In this document: piece after piece, positions 20,553 through 30,003 of the stretch
Numbering within the stretch: position 1 is the first letter of the stretch
How the letters are laid out: each line of letters starts with the position of its first letter
Source of the DNA: an uncultured Sphingomonas sp.
GTDB taxonomy: Bacteria; Pseudomonadota; Alphaproteobacteria; Sphingomonadales; Sphingomonadaceae
Length of the DNA stretch: 64,000 nt
Direction of reading: 5' to 3'
Assembly: GCF_964243315.1 (NCBI RefSeq)
Contig: NZ_CAXTEM010000008.1
Location: 13,701-77,700, forward strand
Notes under the pieces: generated by a model
What the model was told of the DNA's origin: nothing
Databases searched by the model: none
What the model saw: only the letters and a program-made list of their open reading frames with translations
Program-made: the position numbers and the translations under genes

Positions 20553-20569
20553 TTGTAATTAAATTTCAA
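20553..20569. promoter_or_regulatory. AT-rich palindrome upstream of bkd operon (candidate operator)
   Basis: ttgtaattaaatttcaa matches its own reverse complement at 14/17 positions. Confidence 0.5.
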
Positions 20570-20583
20570 GCGAGATCGATCAG

Positions 20584-20716
20584 TTCCTCTATCCCCGCCA
20601 AGGAAGGTGGCAGCGCCGAGCGCTGACCGGGGGGGCAACTCGGGCACCCTCGCACGCGGCACTCCCCCTCCACTACTCGCTAAGCGAGCGGTCCCCCTCC
20701 CCGTGCCGGGGAGGAA
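20584..20716. repeat. Family B palindromic element, intergenic copy with degenerate left arm
   Basis: ttcctc...gaggaa termini; ccccctccac...ggtccccctccccgtgccggggagg. Confidence 0.8.
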
Positions 20717-20718
20717 TG

Positions 20719-21720
20719 TCACTCCACCGTCTGTTCGATCACGCCGAAGATCGGATGGTGGCGGTCGTCCTCCGCCCAGATACGCACGACATCGCCCTTC
20801 TTCAGGAACGGCGTCTTCGCCTCGCCGCCTTGAATCGTCTCGACCGTGCGCACTTCGGCGAGGCAGCTATACCCCACCCCGCCCGCGGCGATCGGCTTGC
20901 CCGGTCCACCGTCCGCGTCGCGGTTCGACACCGTGCCCGATCCGACGATCGTGCCCGCGCCGAGCTTCCGCGTCTTCGCTGCGTGCGCGATCAGCGTGCC
21001 GAAATCGAAGGTCATGTCCTCACCCGCATCGGCGCGGCCGAGTGGTTCGCCGTTGAGATCGACCATGAGCTTGCGGTGAAGCTTGCCGCCCTGCCACCAG
21101 TCGCCGAGTTCGTCGGGGGTGACGAACACCGGCGAGAAGGCGCTGGCGGGCTTGGACTGGAAGAAGCCGAAGCCCTTGCCGATCTCCGCGGGGATCAGGT
21201 TGCGCAGGCTGACATCGTTGGTGAGCCCAACCAGCCGCACCGCCGCCAGCGCCTCGTCGCGGCCAGCGCCCTGCGGCACGTCGCCGGTTACCACGACCAC
21301 CTCGGCCTCGAGATCGCAGCCCCAGCTCTCGTCGGCGAGCGGGATCGGATCGCGCGGGCCGAGGAAGCCGTCCGATCCGCCCTGGTACATCAGCGGATCG
21401 TGCCAGAAGCTGTCGGGCATCTCCGCCGCGCGCGCCTGCCGGACCAACGCGACATGATTCACATAGGCCGAGCCGTCCGCCCATTGATAGGCGCGCGGCA
21501 GCGGCGACGCCGCGTCGTGTTCGTGGAACCGACGCATCGGGATCATCTCATGCGCGAGATCGGTTGCGAGGTTGGCGAGATCGGGCGCGACCCGGTCCCA
21601 GTCGTCGAGCGCGGCTTGCAGGGTGGGGGCGATGTGCCCGGCATCGGCGTACCAGGCGAGATCCGCTGACACGACGACGAGCTTGCCATCGCGACCGTGC
21701 TTGAGGCTGGCGAGTTTCAT
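20719..21720 (-). CDS. Fumarylacetoacetate hydrolase family protein
   Basis: MKLASLKHGRDG, SPLPRAYQWADGSAYVNH, YQGGSD, DLEAEV, NDVSLRNLIPAEIGKGFGFFQSKP. Confidence 0.9.
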   Translation of the reverse strand: MKLASLKHGRDGKLVVVSADLAWYADAGHIAPTLQAALDDWDRVAPDLANLATDLAHEMIPMRRFHEHDAASPLPRAYQWADGSAYVNHVALVRQARAAEMPDSFWHDPLMYQGGSDGFLGPRDPIPLADESWGCDLEAEVVVVTGDVPQGAGRDEALAAVRLVGLTNDVSLRNLIPAEIGKGFGFFQSKPASAFSPVFVTPDELGDWWQGGKLHRKLMVDLNGEPLGRADAGEDMTFDFGTLIAHAAKTRKLGAGTIVGSGTVSNRDADGGPGKPIAAGGVGYSCLAEVRTVETIQGGEAKTPFLKKGDVVRIWAEDDRHHPIFGVIEQTVE

Positions 21721-21803
21721 GCGGTCTCCTAGCGTTGTTTGCATCCCTTCTATCGGGGCCCGGCGCCCACGGGTAGGGGGCCGCACCGGTTTCCCAACGC
21801 ACC

Positions 21804-21817
21804 ATAACTTTTGTTAC
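21804..21817. promoter_or_regulatory. Candidate operator ATAAC-N4-GTTAC
   Basis: ataacttttgttac between divergent FAH and acyl-CoA dehydrogenase genes; same motif at 25564-25577. Confidence 0.5.
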
Positions 21818-21878
21818 CTAGCTATTGACCGGCGTCCTCGTCGTCAGCACGCTGCGGGCAAAGGATGAGAGGAAAGCC

Positions 21879-23033
21879 ATGTCGCTCGACACCCTGCCCG
21901 GTCGCTTCGCGTACACCGAGGATCACGAGGCGTTTCGCCAGACGGTGCGCAGCTTCCTCCGAAAGGAGGGTGTGCCGAACGTCGACAAATGGGAGGCCGA
22001 TCGGCTCGTGCCGAAGGAGTTCTGGCGCAAGGCGGGCGAGATCGGGATGCTCTGCCCGACCGTGCCGGAGGCTTATGGCGGGCTTGGGCTCGACTTCGGC
22101 TACAACGCGATCGTCGACGAGGAGATGAGCTATCAGGGCGTGCCCGCGGGCTTCTCGCTCCAGTCGGACATCGTCGCGGGCTATATGGAGCATTACGGCT
22201 CCGAGGAGCAGAAGCACGAATGGCTGCCCCGGATGGTGTCGGGCGACGTGATCACCGCGATCGCGATGACGGAACCCGGCACCGGCAGCGACCTCCAGGC
22301 GATCCGCACCACCGCGCGCAAGGACGGCAACCATTATGTCGTCAACGGCAGCAAGACCTATATCACCAACGGCCAGAATACCGACCTGACCCTGGTCGTC
22401 TGCAAGACCGATCCCGACGCCAAGCCCGCCTGGCGCGGCATGTCGATCATCCTCGTCGAAAGCGACCGCGAGGGTTTTCGCAAGGGCCGCAAGCTCGACA
22501 AGATTGGGCAGGACGCCGCCGATACCAGCGAGCTGTTCTTCGACGACGTCCGCGTGCCGATCACCAATTGCCTGGGCGAGGAAGGCAAGGGCTTCATCTA
22601 CCTGATGAGCCAGCTGCCGCAGGAACGGCTGACGATCGCGGTCGGGACGCAGGCATCGGCGCAGCGCGCGTTCGACGACACCGTCGCGTTCACCAAGGAC
22701 CGCAAGGCGTTCGCGGGCATGGTGTTCGATTTCCAGAACACCCGCTTCGTGCTCGCCGACCTGAAGACCAAGCTGCAGGTCGGATGGGCCCATCTCGACT
22801 GGGCGATCGCGCGGCATCTGAAGGGCGAACTGACCAACGAGGAAGGCGCCGCGGCCAAGCTTTGGCACACCGAGCTGCAATGGGAGGTGATGGACAAGTG
22901 CCTCCAGCTCCACGGCGGCGCGGGTTACATGAACGAATATCCGATCGCGAGAATGTGGCGCGCCGCGCGCGTAAGCCGGATCTATGGCGGCACCAGCGAG
23001 ATCATGAAGGAGCTGATCGGGCGGTCACTCTAA
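21879..23033 (+). CDS. Acyl-CoA dehydrogenase (long-chain type)
   Basis: IAMTEPGTGSDLQ, NGSKTYITNG, DTSELFFDDV, LQLHGGAGYMNEY, IYGGTSEIMK. Confidence 0.95.
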   Translation: MSLDTLPGRFAYTEDHEAFRQTVRSFLRKEGVPNVDKWEADRLVPKEFWRKAGEIGMLCPTVPEAYGGLGLDFGYNAIVDEEMSYQGVPAGFSLQSDIVAGYMEHYGSEEQKHEWLPRMVSGDVITAIAMTEPGTGSDLQAIRTTARKDGNHYVVNGSKTYITNGQNTDLTLVVCKTDPDAKPAWRGMSIILVESDREGFRKGRKLDKIGQDAADTSELFFDDVRVPITNCLGEEGKGFIYLMSQLPQERLTIAVGTQASAQRAFDDTVAFTKDRKAFAGMVFDFQNTRFVLADLKTKLQVGWAHLDWAIARHLKGELTNEEGAAAKLWHTELQWEVMDKCLQLHGGAGYMNEYPIARMWRAARVSRIYGGTSEIMKELIGRSL

Positions 23034-23072
23034 TCCCTCCCTCACGAGGCGAGACGAACCTCGCCAAGTTTC

Positions 23073-23144
23073 CCGTCATCCCGGACTTGATCCGGGATCC
23101 CGCTGATGATCGAGCGTCACCCCGGATCAAGTCCGGGGTGACGG
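23073..23144. repeat. CGTC-tagged REP doublet, family C
   Basis: ccgtcatcccggacttgatccggg...cccggatcaagtccggggtgacgg. Confidence 0.9.
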
Positions 23145-23183
23145 AATAGAGTTGACTGCGGTCTTTGCCGAACTGCGCGCATC

Positions 23184-23189
23184 TTGACA
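23184..23189 (+). promoter_or_regulatory. Possible sigma70 -35 for the DEAD-box helicase gene
   Basis: TTGACA about 200 nt upstream of the ATG; -10 not clear. Confidence 0.35.
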
Positions 23190-23382
23190 TTTCGCAACTT
23201 TGCGCACATCTGCCGCGCATCGAGGCGTCATGCAGCGTGATCGGGCCAAGGGGATACATCCTGGTCCAGGCTCCGCCTCGGTCGTTTTCAACGGGCTTCC
23301 CTTTTCACGCGGGGTGTCAATCTCCCCCGCCACTCGCGCGTCCTCGACGCGCGAGCCCGGCACATCTGAAAGTCGACATTTC

Positions 23383-24813
23383 ATGTCATTCGCACATCTC
23401 GGCCTCGCCGATCCGCTCGTCCGCGCGCTCCAGGCGAAGGGTTATACCGACCCGACGCCGATCCAGGCGCAGTCGATCCCCATCCTCCTCGAAGGCGGCG
23501 ACCTGCTCGGCATCGCGCAGACCGGCACCGGCAAGACCGCGGCATTCGTGCTGCCGTCGATCCAGCGCCTGGTGGAAAACCAGAAGCGCGTCCTGCCGAC
23601 GCATTGCCGCATGCTCGTGCTCGCGCCGACCCGCGAACTCGCCAGCCAGATCGCCGACAGTGCGCGCGGTTACGGCCAGTTCTCCAAAATGTCGGTGACG
23701 ACCGTGTTCGGCGGCACCAGCATCAACAAGAACCGCCAGGACATGAGCCGCGGCGTCGACATCCTCGTCGCCACGCCGGGCCGCTTGATCGACCTGGTCG
23801 AGCAGGGCTTCGTCAACCTGTCGATGATCGAGATCCTCGTCCTGGACGAAGCCGACCAGATGATGGACCTCGGCTTCATCCACGCGCTGCGCAAGATCGT
23901 CCGCATGCTGCCGAAAAAGCGCCAGACGCTGTTCTTCTCGGCGACCATGCCTAACGCGATCCGCGAGCTCGCAGGCCAGTTCCTGCACGAGCCGAAGACT
24001 GTGTCGGTCAAGCCCGCGGCGACCACCGCCGAGCGGGTCGACCAGTATGTCACCTTCTGCAACCAGTCGGAAAAGCAGGCGCTGCTGACGATCACGCTGG
24101 CCGATCCCTCGATCGACCGCGCGCTGGTCTTCACCCGCACCAAGCACGGCGCCGACCGCGTTGTGAAGCTGCTCGCGGGCAACGGCATCGCGTCGAACGC
24201 GATCCACGGCAACAAGAGCCAGGGCCAGCGCGAGCGCGCGCTCGGTGAGTTCAAGGCGGGCAAGGTGAAGGTGCTGATCGCGACCGACATCGCGGCACGC
24301 GGTATCGACGTGTCGGGCGTCAGCCACGTCATCAACTTCGAACTGCCGAACATCGCCGAGCAATATGTCCACCGCATCGGCCGCACCGCGCGCGCCGGCG
24401 CCAGCGGCATCGCGGTCGCGTTCTGCGCCGACGACGAGAAGACCTACCTGCGCGACATTGAGCGCCTGACCCGCCAGAAGGTCACGGTCCGCCCGCTGCC
24501 CGAGGATTTCCTCGCCCAGGCGAACAAGATCAAGCAGACCCGCACCAACGCGATCGGCGCCGATCCCGAGGTTCGCGTCGAGCGCCAGCGCCAACTGCCG
24601 CGCCCGCGCGCCACGCATGCAGCGAGCCCGACCGGGCGCAGCTATGCCGGCGCGAGCCGCGGCGGCGGTCAGGGCGGCGGTGGTGGCGGTCAGGGCCGTG
24701 GCGGCCAGGGCGGCGGCCAGGGTCGCAGCGGCGGCGGCGGTCAGGGCCGCAGCGGTGGCGGCCAGGGTCGCGGCGGTCCCGGCCGCGGCACGGGCACCTC
24801 GGCCCCGCGCTGA
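23383..24813 (+). CDS. rhlE: DEAD-box RNA helicase (RhlE-like) with Gly/Arg-rich tail
   Basis: PTPIQ, AQTGTGKT, PTRELA, TPGRL, DEAD, SAT, HRIGRTAR. Confidence 0.9.
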   Translation: MSFAHLGLADPLVRALQAKGYTDPTPIQAQSIPILLEGGDLLGIAQTGTGKTAAFVLPSIQRLVENQKRVLPTHCRMLVLAPTRELASQIADSARGYGQFSKMSVTTVFGGTSINKNRQDMSRGVDILVATPGRLIDLVEQGFVNLSMIEILVLDEADQMMDLGFIHALRKIVRMLPKKRQTLFFSATMPNAIRELAGQFLHEPKTVSVKPAATTAERVDQYVTFCNQSEKQALLTITLADPSIDRALVFTRTKHGADRVVKLLAGNGIASNAIHGNKSQGQRERALGEFKAGKVKVLIATDIAARGIDVSGVSHVINFELPNIAEQYVHRIGRTARAGASGIAVAFCADDEKTYLRDIERLTRQKVTVRPLPEDFLAQANKIKQTRTNAIGADPEVRVERQRQLPRPRATHAASPTGRSYAGASRGGGQGGGGGGQGRGGQGGGQGRSGGGGQGRSGGGQGRGGPGRGTGTSAPR

Positions 24814-24820
24814 TCTCCTA

Positions 24821-24848
24821 TTCCTCCCTCGCTTCCGCGGGGGAGGAA
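24821..24848. repeat. Single hairpin related to family B terminal arm
   Basis: ttcctccctcgcttccgcgggggaggaa between convergent genes; one internal mismatch versus 9823-9848. Confidence 0.65.
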
Positions 24849-24850
24849 CT

Positions 24851-25516
24851 CTATCCTCGTTCCGTAAGCCATTCCTCTACCGGCGCGCGCTCGCTTCTGA
24901 GCCGGTTCGCCGCCGCCTCCGGGTCCTCGTACCCGATCGCCACGCCACAGAAGAGCATCCGCTCCGCTGGCGTCTCCAGGAACCGCTCGACCGTTTCCGG
25001 GTATACCGCCCAGCATTCCTGCGGGCACGTCGCCAGCCCCGCGTCCACCGCCAGCAGCATCAAGTTCTGCAGGTACATGCCGAGGTCCGACCATTGCGGC
25101 GGACCCATCCGGCGGTCGACGGTGCAGAAATACGCAGCCGGCGCGCCGAAGAACATGAAGTTGCGCGCGAACCACGCCCGCCGCGCCGCCTTGTCCTCGC
25201 GCGGGATGCCCAGATGCGCGTACATCGCCTCGCCGATCGCAAAAGTCCGCCCCTTGTATCGGTCCGCCATCTCGCGCGGGTAGATGTCGTAACCCGGCGT
25301 CTCGGTCTCGCCGCGCTCCAGCTTGCCAGCCATGATCGCTTTCAACTCGGCGATCGATGCGCCGTGAACGATGTCGACATGCCAGGGCTGGATATTGCCC
25401 CCGGTCGCGGCACGCGACGCCTTTACCGCCAGATCGCGCAGCAACGCCCGCTCGACGGGGCGCTCCAGGAAACCGCGAACCGATCGCCGTGCTTCGATCG
25501 CTTGCCACAACTCCAT
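24851..25516 (-). CDS. Nitroreductase family protein
   Basis: AIEARRSVRGF, ATGGNIQPW, FFGAP, LQNLMLLAVDAGLATCPQ, GVAIGYED. Confidence 0.92.
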   Translation of the reverse strand: MELWQAIEARRSVRGFLERPVERALLRDLAVKASRAATGGNIQPWHVDIVHGASIAELKAIMAGKLERGETETPGYDIYPREMADRYKGRTFAIGEAMYAHLGIPREDKAARRAWFARNFMFFGAPAAYFCTVDRRMGPPQWSDLGMYLQNLMLLAVDAGLATCPQECWAVYPETVERFLETPAERMLFCGVAIGYEDPEAAANRLRSERAPVEEWLTERG

Positions 25517-25563
25517 GCCTGCTCCTCTTGCCGCCGCACCGGTTTTGCGCGACAACGACGAGG

Positions 25564-25577
25564 ATAACATCTGTTAT
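25564..25577. promoter_or_regulatory. Candidate operator ATAAC-N4-GTTAT
   Basis: ataacatctgttat just before the thiolase RBS, divergent from the nitroreductase. Confidence 0.55.
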
Positions 25578-25589
25578 GGAGAGAGGGAA

Positions 25590-26759
25590 ATGGCCGAGGC
25601 CTACATCGTCGAGGCGGTCCGGACCGCTGGTGGTCGCCGTGGCGGCCGTCTCGCCAGCTGGCACCCTGCGGACATGGCGGCGGAGACGCTCGACGCGGTG
25701 ATCGGACGGTCAGGGATTGATCCAGCGGCGGTAGAGGACGTGATCATGGGTTGCGTCAGCCAAGGCGGCGAACAGGGCTTCCAGGTTGGTCGCGGCGCGG
25801 TGCTCGCGTCGAAGCTGCCGCAGAGCGTGCCCGCGGTGACGATCGACCGCCAATGCGGCTCCTCGCAGCAGGCGATCCAGTTCGCCGCGCAGGCGGTCAT
25901 GTCTGGTACGCAAGACGTGGTGTTGGCGGCGGGTGTCGAATCGATGACGCGCGTGCCGATGGGATCGACCGGCATGCTGTTCGCGCAGGCAGGGCTCGGC
26001 AAGGCCAAGTCGCCGCGGCAGGAGGAGAAATACCCCGGCATCCAGTTCAGCCAGTTCATGGGCGCGGAAATGATCGCGCAGAAATACGGCTTCACGCGCG
26101 ACGATGCCGATGCCTTTGCGCTCGAAAGCCATCGCCGCGCCGCCGCCGCGACAGAGCGCGGCGATTTCGCCGACGAGATCGTCGCCCTAATGATCGAAAC
26201 GCCCGAGGGCGAGGTCCGCCACGATCGCGACGAGGGTATCCGCTACGACGCGACGATGGAGTCGATCGGCTCCGTGAAGTTGCTGAAGGAGGGCGGGATC
26301 GTCTCCGCCGCCAACGCCAGCCAGATCTGCGACGGCGCCAGCGCGGTGCTGGTGGTCAGCGAACGCGCGCTGAAGGACCATGGGTTGAAACCGCTCGCGC
26401 GCATCCACAACCTCACCGTCACCGCGGGCGACCCGATCGTGATGCTCGAAGAGCCGCTGTTCGCGACCGATCGCGCGTTGAAGCGCGCGGGCATGTCGAT
26501 CGACGACATCGACCTGTACGAGGTCAACGAGGCGTTCGCCCCGGTGCCGATGGCGTGGCTGAAGCATGTCGGCGGCGATCATGCCAAGCTGAACGTCAAT
26601 GGTGGCGCGATCGCGCTTGGGCATCCCCTGGGCGCGAGCGGCACCAAACTGATGGCGACCCTGGTCCACGCGCTGCACAAGCGCGGCGGCCGCTATGGCC
26701 TCCAGACCATGTGCGAGGGCGGCGGCATCGCCAACGTCACGATCATCGAGCGGCTGTAA
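25590..26759 (+). CDS. Acetyl-CoA C-acyltransferase (thiolase)
   Basis: RQCGSSQQA, YEVNEAFA, GHPLGASG, MCEGGG. Confidence 0.96.
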   Translation: MAEAYIVEAVRTAGGRRGGRLASWHPADMAAETLDAVIGRSGIDPAAVEDVIMGCVSQGGEQGFQVGRGAVLASKLPQSVPAVTIDRQCGSSQQAIQFAAQAVMSGTQDVVLAAGVESMTRVPMGSTGMLFAQAGLGKAKSPRQEEKYPGIQFSQFMGAEMIAQKYGFTRDDADAFALESHRRAAAATERGDFADEIVALMIETPEGEVRHDRDEGIRYDATMESIGSVKLLKEGGIVSAANASQICDGASAVLVVSERALKDHGLKPLARIHNLTVTAGDPIVMLEEPLFATDRALKRAGMSIDDIDLYEVNEAFAPVPMAWLKHVGGDHAKLNVNGGAIALGHPLGASGTKLMATLVHALHKRGGRYGLQTMCEGGGIANVTIIERL

Positions 26760-26773
26760 GGAATTCCGAGACC

Positions 26774-27556
26774 ATGAACATCGACTCCAACACCGCCGCG
26801 ATCGTCACCGGCGGGGCTTCCGGGCTCGGCGAAGCCACCGCGCGCGCGCTCGCCGCCAAGGGCGCCAAGGTCGCGATCTTCGACCTGCAGAAGGACAAGG
26901 GCGAGGCGGTCGCCGCGGATATCGGCGGCGTCTTCTGCGAGGTGAACGTCACCAGCGACGAGAGCGTCGACGCGGGGCTGGTCAAGGCGCGCGCGGCGCA
27001 TGGCCAGGAAAGCGTGCTGGTCTGCTGCGCGGGCACCGGCAATGCGATGAAGACCGCGAGCCGATCCAAGGAAGACGGCAGCATCAAGCATTTCAGCCTC
27101 GAAGCGTTCAACTGGCTCATCCAGATCAACCTCGTCGGCACCTTCCGCTGCGTCGCCAAGTCGGCGGCGGGGATGCTGACGCTCGATCCCGGCAGCGACG
27201 GCGATCGCGGTGCGATCGTGATGACCGCGAGCGTCGCCGCGGAGGACGGCCAGATCGGCCAGGCCGCCTATTCGGCATCGAAGGGCGGCGTCGTCGGCAT
27301 GACCCTGCCGATCGCGCGCGACCTGATGAGCGAGGGCATTCGCGTCAACACCATCCTGCCGGGGATCTTCGACACGCCGCTGATGCAGGGCGCGCCGCAG
27401 CCGGTACGCGACGCGCTCGCCGCCAGCGTCCCCTTCCCCAAGCGGCTCGGCCGGCCCGCGGAATATGCGGCGCTCGCGCTGACGATGATTGAGAACAGCT
27501 ATTTTAACGGCGAGGACGTCCGCCTCGACGGCGCGATCCGCATGGCACCGCGCTGA
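26774..27556 (+). CDS. SDR, 3-hydroxyacyl-CoA dehydrogenase type II-like
   Basis: TGGASGLG, INLVGTF, ASVAAEDGQIGQAAYSASKGG, IRLDGAIRM. Confidence 0.92.
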   Translation: MNIDSNTAAIVTGGASGLGEATARALAAKGAKVAIFDLQKDKGEAVAADIGGVFCEVNVTSDESVDAGLVKARAAHGQESVLVCCAGTGNAMKTASRSKEDGSIKHFSLEAFNWLIQINLVGTFRCVAKSAAGMLTLDPGSDGDRGAIVMTASVAAEDGQIGQAAYSASKGGVVGMTLPIARDLMSEGIRVNTILPGIFDTPLMQGAPQPVRDALAASVPFPKRLGRPAEYAALALTMIENSYFNGEDVRLDGAIRMAPR

Positions 27557-27991
27557 ATGGCCCGACCCGATCCCTGGCGGCTCGATCCCGCCAGCTATCC
27601 GCATCACGCCGCGGTGCAGACCCGGTTCCAGGATCTCGACGTGCTCGGCCACATCAACAACGTGGCCTGGGCCGCGCTGTTCGAGACCGGCCGGGTCAAG
27701 TTCAACCACGCTATCGGGCTGGCGGGGCGTCGCGGGCATCGCTGGCTGGTCGCCAACGTCGAGATCAACTATCTGGCTGAGGGGCATTTTCCGGACGATG
27801 TCGAGGTCGCGACCGGGATCGGCGAGGTCGGCACGCGATCCTGGCGGATCCTGTCGGCGGCGTTCCAGAAGGGCCGGCCGCTCGCCACGTGCGACGTCAC
27901 GATCGTGATGAGTGGCGAGACGGGCGCGAAGGCGCTGCCGGATGATTTCCGGGCGGACCTGGGCGAGTGGATGGTGAAGCCGGGGGGCTAG
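27557..27991 (+). CDS. Acyl-CoA thioesterase (4HBT/hotdog)
   Basis: RFQDLDVLGHINNV, EINYLAEGHFP. Confidence 0.88.
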   Translation: MARPDPWRLDPASYPHHAAVQTRFQDLDVLGHINNVAWAALFETGRVKFNHAIGLAGRRGHRWLVANVEINYLAEGHFPDDVEVATGIGEVGTRSWRILSAAFQKGRPLATCDVTIVMSGETGAKALPDDFRADLGEWMVKPGG

Positions 27992-28011
27992 GCGGCGCCC
28001 CTATCCCAAAC

Positions 28012-28117
28012 ACCACTTCGGCGAAGGCCGGGGCCCAGTTACGCAACACCGATAACGGAGTGCTTCCCTCCCTTACCTCCACCTTCGCGACTGGGCCCCG
28101 GCCTCCGCCGGGGTGGT
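28012..28117. repeat. REP doublet, family E (106 nt)
   Basis: accacttcggcgaaggccggggcccag...ctgggccccggcctccgccggggtggt. Confidence 0.85.
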
Positions 28118-28146
28118 TAGAGCGTGGGGTGAGGCGCGCGCGCTCC

Positions 28147-28926
28147 TCAATCCACAAACACCGGCTCTCGCTTGCCCATGTGCGCCGCCACCGCCTCCAT
28201 CATGTTGGGCTTGCCGATCACCTTCACCTGCTCGTCGGTCTCCGCCTCCAGCATCGTCCGCGGATCGGCATCGTGCGCCATGTTGCACAGTCGCTTGGCA
28301 CCACGGATCGCGTGCGGGTTGCGCGCCGCGATCGTGTGCGCCAGAGTCATCGCCTCGGCGTGCGGATCCTCGACGATGCGGGTGACGAAGCCGTGCGCCA
28401 GCGCCTCCGCCGCGTCGAACTCGCGCGCGGTGTAGACCAGCTCGCGCAGCACGTCGTCGCGCACCAGCCCGCGCCAGATCGGGAAGCCGGCCATGTCGGG
28501 GACCAGCCCCCAATAGCTCTCGCGGATAGCGAACCGCGCAGTCGGCGCGGCAATGCGGATATCGGCACCCGACATGATCTGGAAGCCGCCGCCGAACGCG
28601 ACGCCGTGGACCGCCGCGATCACCGGCATCGGCAGGGTGCGCCAGCCCCAGGTGACGTGCTGCGGCAGGATCGAGCCCTGGTCGTTGCGGTCGCGCGAGG
28701 TGCCCGATCCGCCCGCCTGCATGCTCGCCATGTCGAGCCCCGCGCAGAACGCCCGCCCCTCGCCCGACAGCACGACGCAGCGAACGTCGGTCCGCGTGGC
28801 GAGCGCGTCGATCGCCGCGCCGATCCCCTCGAACATCGCCGGATCCAGCGCATTCATCTTGTCGGCGCGGGACAGCCGGACATCGGCGACACCGCCCTCG
28901 ACGGTGGTGGAAACGCGGTCGTTCAT
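28147..28926 (-). CDS. Enoyl-CoA hydratase/crotonase family protein
   Basis: RADKMNALD, GRAFCAGLD, AVHGVAFGGG, GLVPDM. Confidence 0.93.
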   Translation of the reverse strand: MNDRVSTTVEGGVADVRLSRADKMNALDPAMFEGIGAAIDALATRTDVRCVVLSGEGRAFCAGLDMASMQAGGSGTSRDRNDQGSILPQHVTWGWRTLPMPVIAAVHGVAFGGGFQIMSGADIRIAAPTARFAIRESYWGLVPDMAGFPIWRGLVRDDVLRELVYTAREFDAAEALAHGFVTRIVEDPHAEAMTLAHTIAARNPHAIRGAKRLCNMAHDADPRTMLEAETDEQVKVIGKPNMMEAVAAHMGKREPVFVD

Positions 28927-29014
28927 GGCTCTCTCCTGGTTGCCGCCACGCTATCGGAGCGCCAGCGGCGCGGCAATCGTTGCGCCACGAGTTGCTCCGT
29001 GTACGACGGGCGGC

Positions 29015-29440
29015 ATGAGCAGTTTCGATCTCGCGCGGTTCGTCGCGCATGGCTTCGGCGGCCACGGTGCAGCGCTTGGGTTGGCCTATCACGCGCACGG
29101 GCCCGACTGGGTCGAGCTCGCGCTGCCTTATGACGAGCGGCTGATCGGCGATCCCGCGAACGGCGTGCTCGCGTCGGGGCCGATCGTGACGATGATGGAC
29201 ATGGCGACCAGCCTGGCGGTGTGGGTCAAGCGCGGCTTCTTCGCGCCCCAGGCGACGGTCGACCTCCGCGTCGATTACCTGCGCCCGGCGACGCCCGGCA
29301 AGACCGTAATCGGTCGTGGCGAATGCCTGCGCCTGACCCGCTCGATCGCGTTCGTCCGCGGCGTCGCCTATGACGACGCGATCGACGATCCGCTGGCCCA
29401 TGTCGCGGGCACCTTCATGATGATGGACGCCGCAGCATGA
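29015..29440 (+). CDS. PaaI-family thioesterase
   Basis: GVLASGPIVTMMD, ATVDLRVDYLRPA. Confidence 0.88.
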   Translation: MSSFDLARFVAHGFGGHGAALGLAYHAHGPDWVELALPYDERLIGDPANGVLASGPIVTMMDMATSLAVWVKRGFFAPQATVDLRVDYLRPATPGKTVIGRGECLRLTRSIAFVRGVAYDDAIDDPLAHVAGTFMMMDAAA

Positions 29441-29820
29441 CGCTGCCGCCCTATGCAGCGGTGCTCGGCCTGACGCTCGAGCCGCGCGACGATGCAGCGC
29501 CGGTGCTGGTGATGCCGTTCGGCGATCATGTGCTGGGCCGGCCGGGTTTCCTCCACGGTGGCGCTATCTCCGGATTGCTCGAGATGGCAGCGATCGTCGG
29601 GCTACAGCACGCGCTGGCGGGGGAAGGCGGCGGCCGAATCAAGCCGGTCAACGTCACGATCGACTTCATGCGCGGCGGCCGCGACAAGCCGACGCGGGCC
29701 GAGGGTATCGTCACGCGATTGGGTACGCGGGTAGCGAATGTGGAGGCGATCGCCTGGCAGGACGACCGCGCCAAGCCGATCGCGAGCGCGCGGATGAACT
29801 ACCTGATCGTGCGAGACTAG
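29437..29820 (+). CDS. PaaI-family thioesterase
   Basis: GRPGFLHGGAISGLLE, VTIDFMRGG. Confidence 0.88.
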   Translation: MTLPPYAAVLGLTLEPRDDAAPVLVMPFGDHVLGRPGFLHGGAISGLLEMAAIVGLQHALAGEGGGRIKPVNVTIDFMRGGRDKPTRAEGIVTRLGTRVANVEAIAWQDDRAKPIASARMNYLIVRD

Positions 29821-29908
29821 GGGGGGGCGGTTGGGCGAGGCGGTCACATTACCCTTTTTCAACCGTCGCTAGAGCTAGATAACTTCAAGTAGAACCAGCC
29901 ACCTCGTT

Positions 29909-30003
29909 CGTCATCCCCGCGCAGGCGGGATTCAGACTGGCAAGCGTTGCGGCTGACGTAATGAAATCAGCCAGTATGGATCCCCGTCTGCGCGGGGATG
30001 ACC
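29909..30003. repeat. CGTC-tagged REP doublet, family D
   Basis: cgtcatccccgcgcaggcggga...ggatccccgtctgcgcggggatgac; sister copy at 54863-54960. Confidence 0.85.
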
